This document shows positions 18,612 to 29,442 of a DNA stretch of 47,417 bases, piece by piece. Every line of letters begins with the position of its first letter. Position 1 is the stretch's first letter. The notes beneath the pieces were generated by a model that was given only the letters and a program-made list of their open reading frames with translations, searched no databases and had not been told where the DNA came from. A program made the position numbers and the translations under genes. Source of the DNA: Thermodesulfobacteriota bacterium (GTDB lineage Bacteria > Desulfobacterota > Desulfobacteria > Desulfobacterales > SURF-7); the NCBI GenBank assembly GCA_049320885.1, contig JBMORA010000061.1, positions 1 through 47,417 on the forward strand, written 5' to 3'.

Positions 18612-19616
18612 ATGATGGGTGAATTAGTTCCCGTCAAATTATACTTCGAAGATTCCGGCGAGTGGTACAGCCTACCGGAATGGGCGGAGTATTTTATAAC
18701 GATCGGAAAGCTTCTCGCAGCTGCACCACAATCGGAAAGTAGGATTGTCACCGCCATAGTGGTACCTACCCGGGCATTTGGAGCGGCCTTTGTGAGTCTG
18801 GGGATGGTTGTCAGCGATGCCGCTTCACGAGAAAAAGCTTCGAAGGCTGCGCATTTTGAGAGACTATTTGACTTGCCTCCGGGATCAAGCGTGATCTATC
18901 GCCCAAAGCCAGGACAAGCCTTGAAAGGAGTGCTTCAAGAGCCTGAGGAACGTGGTGGCAGGCTGTGGGTACGGGTTCAGGTTCAATCCAAGGAAGGGGG
19001 AGGCTTGACTCACTTTGTCGATGAATCCAAATCGTTACAAGTGCAACCTGCCCGTCACTCCGGCAAGTTGCCGAAGAAACAGGAAGGAGAAAAAGTCCGG
19101 TTCGCCAATGCATTTGCTGACAAGCTTCTGGGCGACGCTGATCCAGTGCAACTTGGGCTGCAGGCAAAACTCGTCTGTGCCATTATTGGCCGCAAAACTA
19201 TCCTTGAACACGAAATCCGCAAAACGCCTCTGGCAGTTCATGTCAATGGCGATCACCACGCAGATGGAATCCTGCAAGATGTTCTTCGGGTGAATCGATT
19301 TGTTACAGAGGCACAATCGCATCGATCCGCACTCGTACCAGTTGGAGCAAAGCCTCCATCCGGCGAGGTTCTCAAAAACGTCGAGATGGGGGTCGTCTTT
19401 GATGGCGCTAACGGTTTCCTTAAGTGGGGCGAGATGTGGCACAACCACCACCAGGTCATTATTCTCGACCGCACGGAGGCTTACTTCGACGATGCGATCA
19501 GTGCTATCAACGTTAGGTTTTCCCAGAATCGTGTTGAGGGTGAAATTGTTCTTCCTGAGTGTGATGTCCCACCAGGGGCGGAAGTTCTTACGTTTCGGGA
19601 GGCGATCATCAAATGA
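18612..19616 (+). CDS. Hypothetical protein, first gene of the DISARM-like operon (possible N-terminal part of a split DrmE)
   Basis: 334 aa from ATG 18612 with GAAGGGG RBS; ATGA overlap with the next gene; no motif recognised. Confidence 0.6.
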   Translation: MMGELVPVKLYFEDSGEWYSLPEWAEYFITIGKLLAAAPQSESRIVTAIVVPTRAFGAAFVSLGMVVSDAASREKASKAAHFERLFDLPPGSSVIYRPKPGQALKGVLQEPEERGGRLWVRVQVQSKEGGGLTHFVDESKSLQVQPARHSGKLPKKQEGEKVRFANAFADKLLGDADPVQLGLQAKLVCAIIGRKTILEHEIRKTPLAVHVNGDHHADGILQDVLRVNRFVTEAQSHRSALVPVGAKPPSGEVLKNVEMGVVFDGANGFLKWGEMWHNHHQVIILDRTEAYFDDAISAINVRFSQNRVEGEIVLPECDVPPGAEVLTFREAIIK

Positions 19617-21190
19617 CACCTCTTTCAATCAACAGCGCGACTGAGGTCTATAGGGACGCCTCCAGATGCGAAATCATCCGTCACTGGGTAGACCATCAGG
19701 CCCTATCGGAATTCTCGCGTTCGCTGAGGGCATTCGTCCAGTTTTTAGGAGAAGATGTCGGCGATGAATTCTGGCGGCGCTCTCTTGGCCCCATTCGCCG
19801 ACTTGGATTTGCGTTTTGCTCTGCGCCGCTCCCGTTCTCGGTGGCCGCAGTAGCAGTTGGAATCGACTGGGCAAAACTCCATCGGCAGGTACGCCTTTGC
19901 GAGCAATTGTTTCCGTGTGCGCATGAGGCATTCGCTGAACTTGTCCAACAATTGGAAGTCTTGAGTTCAGAGACTGTTTCGCCTTTCATTGTGACCCTGG
20001 AGCAAATCCACCAGCAGGGCGGAGAACTCAGCGTCGTCCTACGGAATCCTCGTATGAACCAAGCTGTAGTTGATTTCTTCTCCAGGAAAGTAAATCTTAG
20101 GAACGCCAGGGTGTTAAGTCCCTCACAACTCCGTAACGGGCACCTATGTCATTTGCTTGCCGCTATTGGCCCCTGCGGCTGGTTTCCCGAACATGTGTTC
20201 TCTGCGCCACGGGCCGTAGCTGTCCACGTCATTTCGCTACGCTGGATTCGTGACCCTTGGAAACCTGGTCCAGTCTTTTTGCACGAGCTCGATACGTCCG
20301 GCAAAAGGAGTCGTAACCATCGCATCGGTATGATGCCGAGCATCAGTGATAAAACCAGTCTGGAGGAAAACTCCCCCACAGATATTTTCCCGGTGGATCT
20401 GCTTCCACCGTGTCCATCCTTCGGCCACAATGAGCGATCCATGGCGGGCCAGTCCAATACCAGTGAAGAGACGGTTCCTGCACGCCTGTGTCACCTCAGT
20501 GGCCAGCGGGCATCCTTCGTTGCAACCTATGATGGCTCCTCGACGCTAATAATCGACACATCAGAAACGGGGAATGCTGTTGTGAGACGGATTCCTGCCG
20601 AAGAACTCGAACCAGGCCATTATCTCCTTCTACGCACATCCGGCGGTGGTGATTTAATAGCTCCACTCGCTGATCGAATAATGGGGGATCTGGCGGAAAA
20701 ACGTCGGTCCGAGCAAACCGAATGGAAACAACGGCTGATCTCCGCAGCAGCCGGAAGGTTTGGTTCGGTAAACTGCCGGGAGCTTTCAGCCTTCGTCAGT
20801 GCTGAACTACAATCACGGAATCTTTCGCAAGCCCGTCAAGCAAATGTGAATTATTGGATGTCTTCGAAGTGCATTCGGCCGCGTAAGATCGAAGACTTTA
20901 TTGCAATCCTAACCTTCGCCGGGCTTGAAGAACGCTCCCAAGAGTTGTGGGAAGCTATGGGTGACATAGATCGGGCCCATAAACGGGCAGGCTTCGCAAT
21001 AAGGCGTTTACTGTTGCACAAGATCGGGACTACATCGCTTGAACCGTTAGAACGCAATGGTGAGATGGTTTTTGAACTCAGCGAAGAGGACGGTGGAACT
21101 ATCTCGGCGTTCCAGATCACCGAGATAATTGGGGAGGAATACGAGGTCCCCATCCAACGGATCGGCGTTTTGCTGGAAATTGAGGATTAG
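19613..21190 (+). CDS. DrmE-like protein (C-terminal region resembles DISARM class II DrmE)
   Basis: ELEPGHYLLLR...DLIAPLAD...EWKQRL...NVNYWMSSKCIRPR..DF...LWEAM..I..AHKRAG pattern as recalled for DrmE C-termini; located upstream of drmAB. Confidence 0.55.
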   Translation: MTPLSINSATEVYRDASRCEIIRHWVDHQALSEFSRSLRAFVQFLGEDVGDEFWRRSLGPIRRLGFAFCSAPLPFSVAAVAVGIDWAKLHRQVRLCEQLFPCAHEAFAELVQQLEVLSSETVSPFIVTLEQIHQQGGELSVVLRNPRMNQAVVDFFSRKVNLRNARVLSPSQLRNGHLCHLLAAIGPCGWFPEHVFSAPRAVAVHVISLRWIRDPWKPGPVFLHELDTSGKRSRNHRIGMMPSISDKTSLEENSPTDIFPVDLLPPCPSFGHNERSMAGQSNTSEETVPARLCHLSGQRASFVATYDGSSTLIIDTSETGNAVVRRIPAEELEPGHYLLLRTSGGGDLIAPLADRIMGDLAEKRRSEQTEWKQRLISAAAGRFGSVNCRELSAFVSAELQSRNLSQARQANVNYWMSSKCIRPRKIEDFIAILTFAGLEERSQELWEAMGDIDRAHKRAGFAIRRLLLHKIGTTSLEPLERNGEMVFELSEEDGGTISAFQITEIIGEEYEVPIQRIGVLLEIED

Positions 21191-21192
21191 AC

Positions 21193-22923
21193 GTGGCACG
21201 CATGATACCTACCATCATTCCGGCATGTTGTCCGAGTCCAGGTGAGCAGGAAATCTTTACGCGCCTCAAAGATGAACCAGGTACAAAAGATTGGATTGTA
21301 CTCCACTCCTTGGATATTGCTAACCACCTTCGCCGGATGTCTGGTGAAACGGATTTCGTCATCATTGTGCCGACGCTTGGCGTGCTTTGTTTAGAAGTGA
21401 AAGCCTGCCATTCGTTGCGCAGAGAAAACGGCCTATGGTTTTACGGTCGCGATCTTCAGGGCGACCCGCGCGGGCCATTCAAACAGTCATCGGAAAGTAT
21501 GCACAGCCTACGCCAACAGGTCTTTCGGAATGATTCCTCACTTTCGCGAGTTCCATTTTGGTCCGCCGTAGCTTTTCCCTTTATAGAGTTCACAGCTACT
21601 TCTGGCGAGTGGCATCCGTGGCAGGTGATAGATGCCTTGCGGTTTCGGCGGCAAGCAGTCGCATCATTAATCTCAGGAGTCCTGCGGAGTGCCAGGTTAT
21701 ATTTGAAATCACAACCGTCGGTGCGCTGGTTTCGTGACTCCGACCGGTACCCGGATCAGAAACAGTCTGCCGCTATCGCCCGAATACTCCGTCCAAGCTT
21801 TGAATTTGCCGAGAGAGCCCCTGCCCGGCGTGCCCGTAAGCAAGCGGAGATTCTGCGTTACACTGAAGAGCAGTTCGCTGCGCTCGATGCAATGGCCGAC
21901 AATAATCGCGTATTATTTTCCGGGCCGGCGGGAACAGGGAAGACAGTTCTCGCTCTCGAAGCGGCTCGCCGGGCATCCAATGCGGGCAAGAGAGTCTTGC
22001 TTCTTTGCTTCAATAGGCTCCTCGGGCGGTGGCTATCGAAGCATCACATCGCCCATTGCGGGGCGGTTACTGCTGGGACTTTTCACCAGTACCTCCTCAG
22101 TTTCACTGACGTTGCTTTGCCTCCCGATCCGTGTGATGCCTTCTGGAAAGTTGACCTGCCTGAAGCGGCAATAGCGAAACTGCTATGCGAGACCACAAAC
22201 GACTCCCGTTTTGATATCATTGTTGTTGACGAATTCCAAGATTTTTTCAATTCTTCTTACCTAGATGTTTTAGACTTGTTGTTGAAAGGTGGGTTGGCGG
22301 CGGGCAACTGGATGCTTTTTGGCGATTTTGAACGGCAGATGCTATACGGACAGGACCGCGACCTCGTAGAAGAGTTGCGAAACACGAGGCTCGGAACATT
22401 CGCCAGATGCTCGCTGCGAATCAATTGCCGAAACACCCCGCGCGTGGCGACACTTTCACATCTGCTCGGAAAGCTAACACCGAATTATTTGCGTGTACTG
22501 CGCCCAGATGACCGCATTGAGCCGGTTATTATGTACTATGCGACGCCATCCCAGCAGCGGAAGCAGCTCGTCAATACTCTCGAAAGCTTGCACCGTGATT
22601 CATTTTCTGGTCAGGACATTGTCGTCCTCTCTCCTAAAGCTGGATCACGCTGTGCTGCCGCTTCCATTGCGGAAAAGCCTTGGGCTGACCGTATTGCCCC
22701 ATATGAACAAGCGGCTACCGAACAGATTCGTTTCACGACAATCCAGAGCTTTAAGGGGCTTGAATCTCCCGCAATAATCGTTTCTGATATTGAACATTTA
22801 GATGGCGAGATTTTTTCATCAATGTTTTATGTTGCGACCACGCGCGCTCTTGAGCAGTTGTACATTATGGTGCATGAAACAGCCAAACCCGAAATTATCA
22901 AAGCCCTGTTGGGGCCAAAATAG
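21193..22923 (+). CDS. NERD nuclease domain fused to SF1 (UvrD-like) helicase
   Basis: NERD: GE...WIVLHSL...ETDFVII...LCLEVK; helicase: SGPAGTGKT, IVVDEFQD, NCRN, TIQSFKGLES, YVATTRA. Confidence 0.88.
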   Translation: MARMIPTIIPACCPSPGEQEIFTRLKDEPGTKDWIVLHSLDIANHLRRMSGETDFVIIVPTLGVLCLEVKACHSLRRENGLWFYGRDLQGDPRGPFKQSSESMHSLRQQVFRNDSSLSRVPFWSAVAFPFIEFTATSGEWHPWQVIDALRFRRQAVASLISGVLRSARLYLKSQPSVRWFRDSDRYPDQKQSAAIARILRPSFEFAERAPARRARKQAEILRYTEEQFAALDAMADNNRVLFSGPAGTGKTVLALEAARRASNAGKRVLLLCFNRLLGRWLSKHHIAHCGAVTAGTFHQYLLSFTDVALPPDPCDAFWKVDLPEAAIAKLLCETTNDSRFDIIVVDEFQDFFNSSYLDVLDLLLKGGLAAGNWMLFGDFERQMLYGQDRDLVEELRNTRLGTFARCSLRINCRNTPRVATLSHLLGKLTPNYLRVLRPDDRIEPVIMYYATPSQQRKQLVNTLESLHRDSFSGQDIVVLSPKAGSRCAAASIAEKPWADRIAPYEQAATEQIRFTTIQSFKGLESPAIIVSDIEHLDGEIFSSMFYVATTRALEQLYIMVHETAKPEIIKALLGPK

Positions 22924-22943
22924 AATTGACACTGGGGGCTAAA

Positions 22944-25900
22944 ATGCCAGATCATATTTCAAATCGCGATACTATAATCCGGGCACTCCGGGAGGAACTT
23001 TTCGGCCCTTGCCCCCTCGGGGAAGAAATTGACTGCAATGCATCTATCCAATTGGATGACCCTACCGCAGCCTATCGGCCATATCGGCAGCTCGGGTCTG
23101 GTGAAGAGATTCTTCAACGTGATGCACCCTCAAAACGCTATGGAATTGGTGTTTTGTATCCAATGGAAACGCTAATACTACCTGAGGAGCTCGAAAGCCA
23201 GCTGCCTATACAAGATGTGGAAGTAACTACTGGATTACATGGCAGTGCGATAGACCCCCTAACTGAGTCCGCAATCCGCAATTGCGATGCTATTGCAGCG
23301 CGGTCTTCGCGCCGTCTCTCAGAGGCTGATTTAGACGACTTTGATCTTTCATCCGCAAATGCCTATAAGCCAAGCAGCATGGCTGTAAGCCTCCTGGTGT
23401 ACCTTCCGGAAAGTGCCGAATTGGTAGTGACCGCAACAGGTGGCCGTTATACTATTAAACATGTTCTGCTAATTGGTCGTGAGCGTGAATGGTGGCTACG
23501 TTCACCGGTTCGCCTCTGCAGCCGATTTCGACGGGATGATTTCCCAGCGTCACAAGCGGCTTACGCAACAGCGCGGAATCCAGACCGGGAGAACGTCGAT
23601 AACCTCGATGTGCGGATCGAAGTCTTTGCGAGGCCCTACCGGTCACAACCTGACGAATACATTGTCACAGTCTGTTTGGTCAATCGCCAGCAATCAGAAG
23701 GGCGATTGGATTTGCAGTCTCTTTTCCAGTGCCACCTATGTGTGGCAATCGAGGACGGAAGCTCAGCTGGGGCCAAGATATTACCATATCCAACATCAGA
23801 GCCAATTGACATCGAAGAGAGATCCCAGGAATTGCTTTATCGGGAGAAGCTCACGTTTGCGGTCGGTCACGGGTGCGCTGCCGATTGGGTGCACGGCGAC
23901 ACACTAACAAGTGCTAGGAGCGTATCAGCCGAATGCTTGCCTATATTTGAGACACCAAACATCACGCCGGATATCACCATCAAGGGGGAACCTCTGATGG
24001 CGTCCATGCGGGCGCTTGCTGGCATCGATTCTGAAAACGGCGACTTCGAGGAACTTGACAGAATAATAAACGAATACGAGCTGTGGATCACCGCGCAGGA
24101 TGCGCGGATACCAGGACTCGAAATCAAGTTCCAGAAGATAGCGCAACATCACCTGACTGAATGCGCAGAAGCTGCTCGCCGGATGCGCGATGGCCTTAGA
24201 CTCCTACAGGGTGATTCGCAAATCCGGAGGGCATTCCAGCTTGCAAACCTCGCGATATTAATTCAGCAGACCCGATCAAGGCGTGAACCCCGTATCGCAT
24301 CATTCGACCAGTCCACTGCGGCGTTAATTTTCGAGGAACCATACGATAGGATCGATTTGGATTCTTCACGTGCTCGTGAGTGCCAGTGGCGCGCATTCCA
24401 GATTGCTTTCATACTTACATCGCTCCGCTCGACAGCTGATGCTGGCGATCCCGACCGTGAACGCGTCGAATTAATCTGGTTTCCCACCGGCGGCGGGAAG
24501 ACGGAAGCCTATTTCGGGTTGGCAGCTTTCAGTATATTTCTGCGCAGACTCCGGAATCCTGACGACACTGGTGTACATGCGCTGATGCGTTACACACTTC
24601 GCTTGTTAACCGCTCAGCAATTCCAGCGCGCATCGCGCCTTATCTGCGCTATGGAATATGTCCGGCGGCAGCATAGCGACGATTTAGGAATCGCGGAAAT
24701 CTCCATCGGCATTTGGCTTGGAAGCTCAACGACACCGAATACGCGAGCCGAGGCTCTATCTGTGCTCCGAAGCCTGATAAAAGGTGATGGCACCAAAGAG
24801 AACCAGTTCATGCTCGACCGCTGCCCTTGGTGTGGAGCCCAGATGGGGCCAGTGTCCCTAATGGGAAGGGGCCGGAGACGCATACGCATCCCCCTTCTTG
24901 GTTACAAACAGCGTGGAAATACAGTTGTATATGAATGCCCTGATAATTTCTGTGAATTTCATCGGTCTCTCCCTCTATATGTGATCGACGATGATATTTA
25001 CCAGACTCGGCCAGCTCTTGTAATTGGCACAGTGGACAAATTCGCCATGCTCGCCTGGCGGCCGGAGGCTCGCGCTCTGTTTGGCATCGCATACGATGGG
25101 ACAAGAGCTTATTCGCCACCAGGACTCATCATTCAGGACGAGCTGCATCTCATCTCTGGCCCGCTCGGCTCAATGGTAGGACTTTACGAACCCATCATTG
25201 AGGAGCTATGCACCGATCGCCGTGGACCGGATGCCGCAAGGCCAAAGATCATTAGTTCCACTGCGACGATCCGCAGCTATACAGATCAAGTCCAGAGGTT
25301 ATATGCACGGGGGCAGACGAGCCTCTTCCCTCCTCCAGGTTTGGATGCCGATGACTCATTCTTCGCTAGAGTTGCCCGCCGACCAGACGGTACTCCTGAA
25401 AGAGGGCGAATTTACGCCGGTGTCCACGCACCCGGGCTTGGATCGCTCCAAACCGTTCAGGTTCGTACGTTTGCGGCACTGTTGCAGGCACCCCAGCCGC
25501 TTCCACCATCGGACCGTGACCCCTGGTGGTCCCTCTTGCTTTTCTTCAACAGTCTCCGAGAGCTTGGCACAACCCTCACATTGTTCCAATCAGATATTCC
25601 AGATTTGTTGAAGGGGGCACTCAGGCAACGCCTCGGCATCGGGTTCCAGGATGTTCGACAAATCAGAATGTTGCTGGAACTCACAGGCCGGTTACCCGGT
25701 GACGAAGTCCCCAAGGCGATATCCACACTTGAGGTTCCAACTGACTCAAAGAAGGGGTATGCAGTAGATGTCTGCCTCGCCTCAAACATTATTGAAGTCG
25801 GTGTGGACATCGACCGGTTGTCACTTATGGCTGTTGTCGGCCAGCCAAAAACAACTTCGCAGTACATTCAAGTGACGGGGCGTGTTGGTCGCAAAGCGGA

Positions 25901-26444
25901 CCGGCCCGGCCTCGTGGTCACGATATATACTGCATCAAAACCCCGAGACCGCTCTCATTTTGAGAAGTTCCGCAGTTATCACGAGCGGCTCTACGCCCAA
26001 GTGGAGCCGACGAGTGTGACTCCATTCTCACGCCCGGCCCTAGACCGTGCTGTACATGCTGTAATCGCCAGTTACGTTAGGCAATTAGGGGACTCGGACC
26101 AGGCAGAAAGTCCATACCCGTATCCAGCTGCACTTGTTGACGCTGTTGCTAGAATCCTTGATGATCGAGCGAAATCCGTCGATTCAGACGAACTTGCAGC
26201 GCTCCACAGGATACTTCAGAGGAGAGCTGACGAGTGGAAGCGCTGGCAGCGGCTCAAGTGGGATGGGGCACTGAATGTCGAGGACATGCCTCTCTTGCGG
26301 ACCGCTGGAGCGTATGTCGCACCGGAAAAAGCGATAGTATCATGGGCGACGCCCCGATCACTACGTAATGTAGACGCGGAATGCCAGGCAGAAATAACGC
26401 AGCTTTACATGCTGGAAGAACTGGAGGATATCGAGGATGACTAG
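22944..26444 (+). CDS. drmA: DISARM DrmA-like SF2 helicase
   Basis: FAVGHG, WFPTGGGKTEAY, MRYTLRLLTAQQFQR, CPWCG, GTVDKFA, IQDELHLISGPLGS, GVDIDRL, YIQVTGRVGR, RDRSHFE; ATG 22944 follows a GGGGG RBS. Confidence 0.9.
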   Translation: MPDHISNRDTIIRALREELFGPCPLGEEIDCNASIQLDDPTAAYRPYRQLGSGEEILQRDAPSKRYGIGVLYPMETLILPEELESQLPIQDVEVTTGLHGSAIDPLTESAIRNCDAIAARSSRRLSEADLDDFDLSSANAYKPSSMAVSLLVYLPESAELVVTATGGRYTIKHVLLIGREREWWLRSPVRLCSRFRRDDFPASQAAYATARNPDRENVDNLDVRIEVFARPYRSQPDEYIVTVCLVNRQQSEGRLDLQSLFQCHLCVAIEDGSSAGAKILPYPTSEPIDIEERSQELLYREKLTFAVGHGCAADWVHGDTLTSARSVSAECLPIFETPNITPDITIKGEPLMASMRALAGIDSENGDFEELDRIINEYELWITAQDARIPGLEIKFQKIAQHHLTECAEAARRMRDGLRLLQGDSQIRRAFQLANLAILIQQTRSRREPRIASFDQSTAALIFEEPYDRIDLDSSRARECQWRAFQIAFILTSLRSTADAGDPDRERVELIWFPTGGGKTEAYFGLAAFSIFLRRLRNPDDTGVHALMRYTLRLLTAQQFQRASRLICAMEYVRRQHSDDLGIAEISIGIWLGSSTTPNTRAEALSVLRSLIKGDGTKENQFMLDRCPWCGAQMGPVSLMGRGRRRIRIPLLGYKQRGNTVVYECPDNFCEFHRSLPLYVIDDDIYQTRPALVIGTVDKFAMLAWRPEARALFGIAYDGTRAYSPPGLIIQDELHLISGPLGSMVGLYEPIIEELCTDRRGPDAARPKIISSTATIRSYTDQVQRLYARGQTSLFPPPGLDADDSFFARVARRPDGTPERGRIYAGVHAPGLGSLQTVQVRTFAALLQAPQPLPPSDRDPWWSLLLFFNSLRELGTTLTLFQSDIPDLLKGALRQRLGIGFQDVRQIRMLLELTGRLPGDEVPKAISTLEVPTDSKKGYAVDVCLASNIIEVGVDIDRLSLMAVVGQPKTTSQYIQVTGRVGRKADRPGLVVTIYTASKPRDRSHFEKFRSYHERLYAQVEPTSVTPFSRPALDRAVHAVIASYVRQLGDSDQAESPYPYPAALVDAVARILDDRAKSVDSDELAALHRILQRRADEWKRWQRLKWDGALNVEDMPLLRTAGAYVAPEKAIVSWATPRSLRNVDAECQAEITQLYMLEELEDIEDD

Positions 26445-28332
26445 AGGACCCGTGCGGCGTGGCCAGCTTATCTCTCCATTTGGTCCCGGTGCCATGATGA
26501 TTTTGCCTGACGGCGTTTCCGTTATCTGTGCCGGGCTTGACCACTGGTTCAAGCACGAATCCGGGGGGGCTGAGAACATCGATCAGCGAGAGTACCAAGT
26601 CGACGAGTGGCGGCTCGCAGCTCGACTCAACGTGGAACATTTCTACCTACCCCCGGATCATCGGCGATTGCGTCGATATGATCCTCCAACCAACGGCTAC
26701 TTGACCGTTCCCTTTTTGCGTTTCCCACAATGGCATTATTGCACTCGCTGCGGTCTGATGCGCAAAATACCGTTGGTTACAAAGGAACGGAGGATTAGGT
26801 GCGCAGAATGCGAGAATAGAGGTTGGACACGATTCATTGTCCAGGTGCCTTTCGTAGCCATGTGCGATGCAGGCCACATTCAAGATTTCCCTTGGATTGA
26901 GTGGGTTTATCAGTCTGCAACTCCACCAGAAGACCCGCCCCCGATGAGGCTCATTTCGACCGGAGGAATGACACTCGCGGGCCAAAAGGTAATAATTGAT
27001 GGCGGGCCAGAGAGAACTCTCGCGGGAATTACAAATGCATATACCGATGGTACCACCCAACTAAGCCAGACACTGGATAGCAGCCGAACGCCTTTTTTAT
27101 GTCCCGGTCACCGCCCTTGGCTAGGAACTGAACATGGTGAGGGATGCGGCAGACCTTTACGTGGAACGCTCCGGAGTGCCGCTAACGTTTATTTCGCTCA
27201 GGTGCATAGCTCGATCTATCTTCCCCGTAATGACGATAGCACCGTTGCCGAGGTAATCTCACTGTTGGAACAACCGCCGCTTAGCACATTTGTTGGAATT
27301 CTCACTGGAGCTGGTGTTTCCCCAGAACCATCGCAGTTGCGAAAGCAATTCCCTGAGTTGCTCACTGCATACACTGATCGACAGCTTCAAATTGCTATCG
27401 AAACAGTGTGCAGTAATGAGGCGAGCCGGCAACAAAGTGGTCGGGTACCAGGAGACGACGCAGAAACTGGCTTCAGGAGGCAAGAGTATGACACTCTTGT
27501 TTCAGAAATCGACTCCGACCAATTGGTTCTTAAACCCGCCGATCTCAGTAAATATAAATCTGAGTTCTCTCAATACTTCGCAAATGTAACGCTTGTCCAT
27601 AAACTGCGAGAAACTAGGGCGCTTTCGGGCTTCACACGAGTATTTGCGGATACTGATCGCGGTCTTGAATACTTGCAGGGAATGTTACGTCTCACGGAGA
27701 CTGAGGAAAGGTGGCTGCCTGCCTACATGGTCTTCGGTGAGGGTGTGCTTCTCACCCTTAACGAGCAGCGATTGCGGCAATGGGAAACCCAGTCCGAAAT
27801 TCAGAACAGGGTGCGGCCGCTTGTGGCTCGATATCGCAATCTGCGCCAATTTCGCCACCTCCAAGACCGACACATTGGCCCGCGGTACGTATTGTTGCAT
27901 ACGCTTGCACACCTTCTCATCAATAGACTGACGTTTGAATGCGGCTATAGTTCAGCCGCGCTACGGGAGCGTTTGTACGTATCTGAAAATCATGCCGCGC
28001 CAATGGCGGGAATCATGATCTATACAGCAGCTGGCGATGCCGAAGGCACACTCGGTGGGCTTGTCCGAATGGGTAAGCCGGGCAGATTGGAACCACTGCT
28101 CGATCGGGCGCTTAGCAGCGCGCGGTGGTGTTCTGCTGACCCTGTTTGCATGGAGATGGGGCAGAGTGGCGGACAAGGCCCGGACTCACTTAACCTCGCT
28201 GCTTGCCATGGATGCAGCCTGGTGCCAGAAACAGCCTGCGAAGAATTCAACCGTTTGCTTGACAGGGGGCTTGTTATAGGGCCTTTCAATAACCAAACAA
28301 TTGGATATTTTGCCAGATCCACGGAGGGCTAA
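26437..28332 (+). CDS. drmB: DISARM DrmB-like DUF1998 protein
   Basis: RRGQLISPFGPGA, CDAGHIQDFPW, LLHTLAHLLI, GYSSAALRERLY, EGTLGGL, CSADPVC, LAACHGCSLVPETACEEFNRLLDR. Confidence 0.92.
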   Translation: MTRGPVRRGQLISPFGPGAMMILPDGVSVICAGLDHWFKHESGGAENIDQREYQVDEWRLAARLNVEHFYLPPDHRRLRRYDPPTNGYLTVPFLRFPQWHYCTRCGLMRKIPLVTKERRIRCAECENRGWTRFIVQVPFVAMCDAGHIQDFPWIEWVYQSATPPEDPPPMRLISTGGMTLAGQKVIIDGGPERTLAGITNAYTDGTTQLSQTLDSSRTPFLCPGHRPWLGTEHGEGCGRPLRGTLRSAANVYFAQVHSSIYLPRNDDSTVAEVISLLEQPPLSTFVGILTGAGVSPEPSQLRKQFPELLTAYTDRQLQIAIETVCSNEASRQQSGRVPGDDAETGFRRQEYDTLVSEIDSDQLVLKPADLSKYKSEFSQYFANVTLVHKLRETRALSGFTRVFADTDRGLEYLQGMLRLTETEERWLPAYMVFGEGVLLTLNEQRLRQWETQSEIQNRVRPLVARYRNLRQFRHLQDRHIGPRYVLLHTLAHLLINRLTFECGYSSAALRERLYVSENHAAPMAGIMIYTAAGDAEGTLGGLVRMGKPGRLEPLLDRALSSARWCSADPVCMEMGQSGGQGPDSLNLAACHGCSLVPETACEEFNRLLDRGLVIGPFNNQTIGYFARSTEG

Positions 28333-29442
28333 ATGGCAATACCACTCCTATCATTCTTCACCGGAGGAGGTTTATTTGATATCGGATTCAAACAGGCAGG
28401 GTTCTCTGTTTGTTGGACAAATGAGAATTGCCCTGCATTTATAGCCGGTCACGCCTCAGGGATGTCATCATGGCTTTCCTCGCTTGGTAAGCGAGCACAG
28501 GGGACAGAGATTGCCAACACCAACAGTATCTTCAATCTGAATTCGCGTGCGATACTCCGAGAAGCATTCGCCGGGCCACGACCTAAACTTTTTGGTGTCA
28601 TCGGCGGTCCGCCTTGCCCCGATTTTAGTAATGGCGGCACGCACGCAGGCGGTAACGGATCAAACGGTATACTTACCAGCGTGTTTGCTGATATGATTTG
28701 CGAACTACATCCAGCCTTCTTCGTCATGGAAAACGTATCTGGGCTTTACCGCGTTCGAAAGCACCGTGTCTTTCTGGAACTCAAAATTGCTCGTTTGAGA
28801 GAGCGCGGCTATGCAGTTGATTACAAGATTCTGAATGCTCTTGAGTTGGGAGTGCCACAATATCGCGAGCGATTGTTCATCGTTGGAATCAAAAAAAAAA
28901 TCGCTCAATGCGCAGCCGAGAGAAAACTCGCTGCTTCAGAGGAAGGATGGTTTCCATGGCCATTAGATGATACATACACTGAAGCGAAATCGCTTCCTTG
29001 GCCGACAACGACGCCATTCGGAGAAAATCCTACCAAACCAAAAGAGATTCCCCTCGAACTCACCGTTTACCCGTCGTTGTTTGGAAAAGGTGACCCGGAA
29101 AAGCTCCCCAACGGGTCCGATTTTTTCAATCCTTATTCCAAGCGTTTCAATACGGTTCCAGAAGGGGACGTTGCACGAAAGTCATTCAAGAGGCTACACC
29201 GTTATCGGTTTAGCCCAACAGCCTGGTACGGGAATCAGGAAGTACATTTGCATCCATCTAAAGCAAGGCGTTTGTCGGTCCGTGAAGCACTGCGAATTCA
29301 ATCAGTGCCGGATGAGTATGTGTTGCCGGAAGAAATGTCACTCTCCGCAAAATTTAAGTTGGTTTGCAACGGAGTGCCCTGCGTTATGGCGTTCCACCTT
29401 GCCACCGCGCTGAAAGCATTCTTGAAGCGAGCAAGTCTATGA
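28333..29442 (+). CDS. DNA (cytosine-5)-methyltransferase (DrmMII-like)
   Basis: Motif I FFTGGG, motif IV GGPPCPDFS, motif VI ENV, motif VIII QYRERLF, motifs IX-X RRLSVREALRIQS...NGVP. Confidence 0.93.
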   Translation: MAIPLLSFFTGGGLFDIGFKQAGFSVCWTNENCPAFIAGHASGMSSWLSSLGKRAQGTEIANTNSIFNLNSRAILREAFAGPRPKLFGVIGGPPCPDFSNGGTHAGGNGSNGILTSVFADMICELHPAFFVMENVSGLYRVRKHRVFLELKIARLRERGYAVDYKILNALELGVPQYRERLFIVGIKKKIAQCAAERKLAASEEGWFPWPLDDTYTEAKSLPWPTTTPFGENPTKPKEIPLELTVYPSLFGKGDPEKLPNGSDFFNPYSKRFNTVPEGDVARKSFKRLHRYRFSPTAWYGNQEVHLHPSKARRLSVREALRIQSVPDEYVLPEEMSLSAKFKLVCNGVPCVMAFHLATALKAFLKRASL

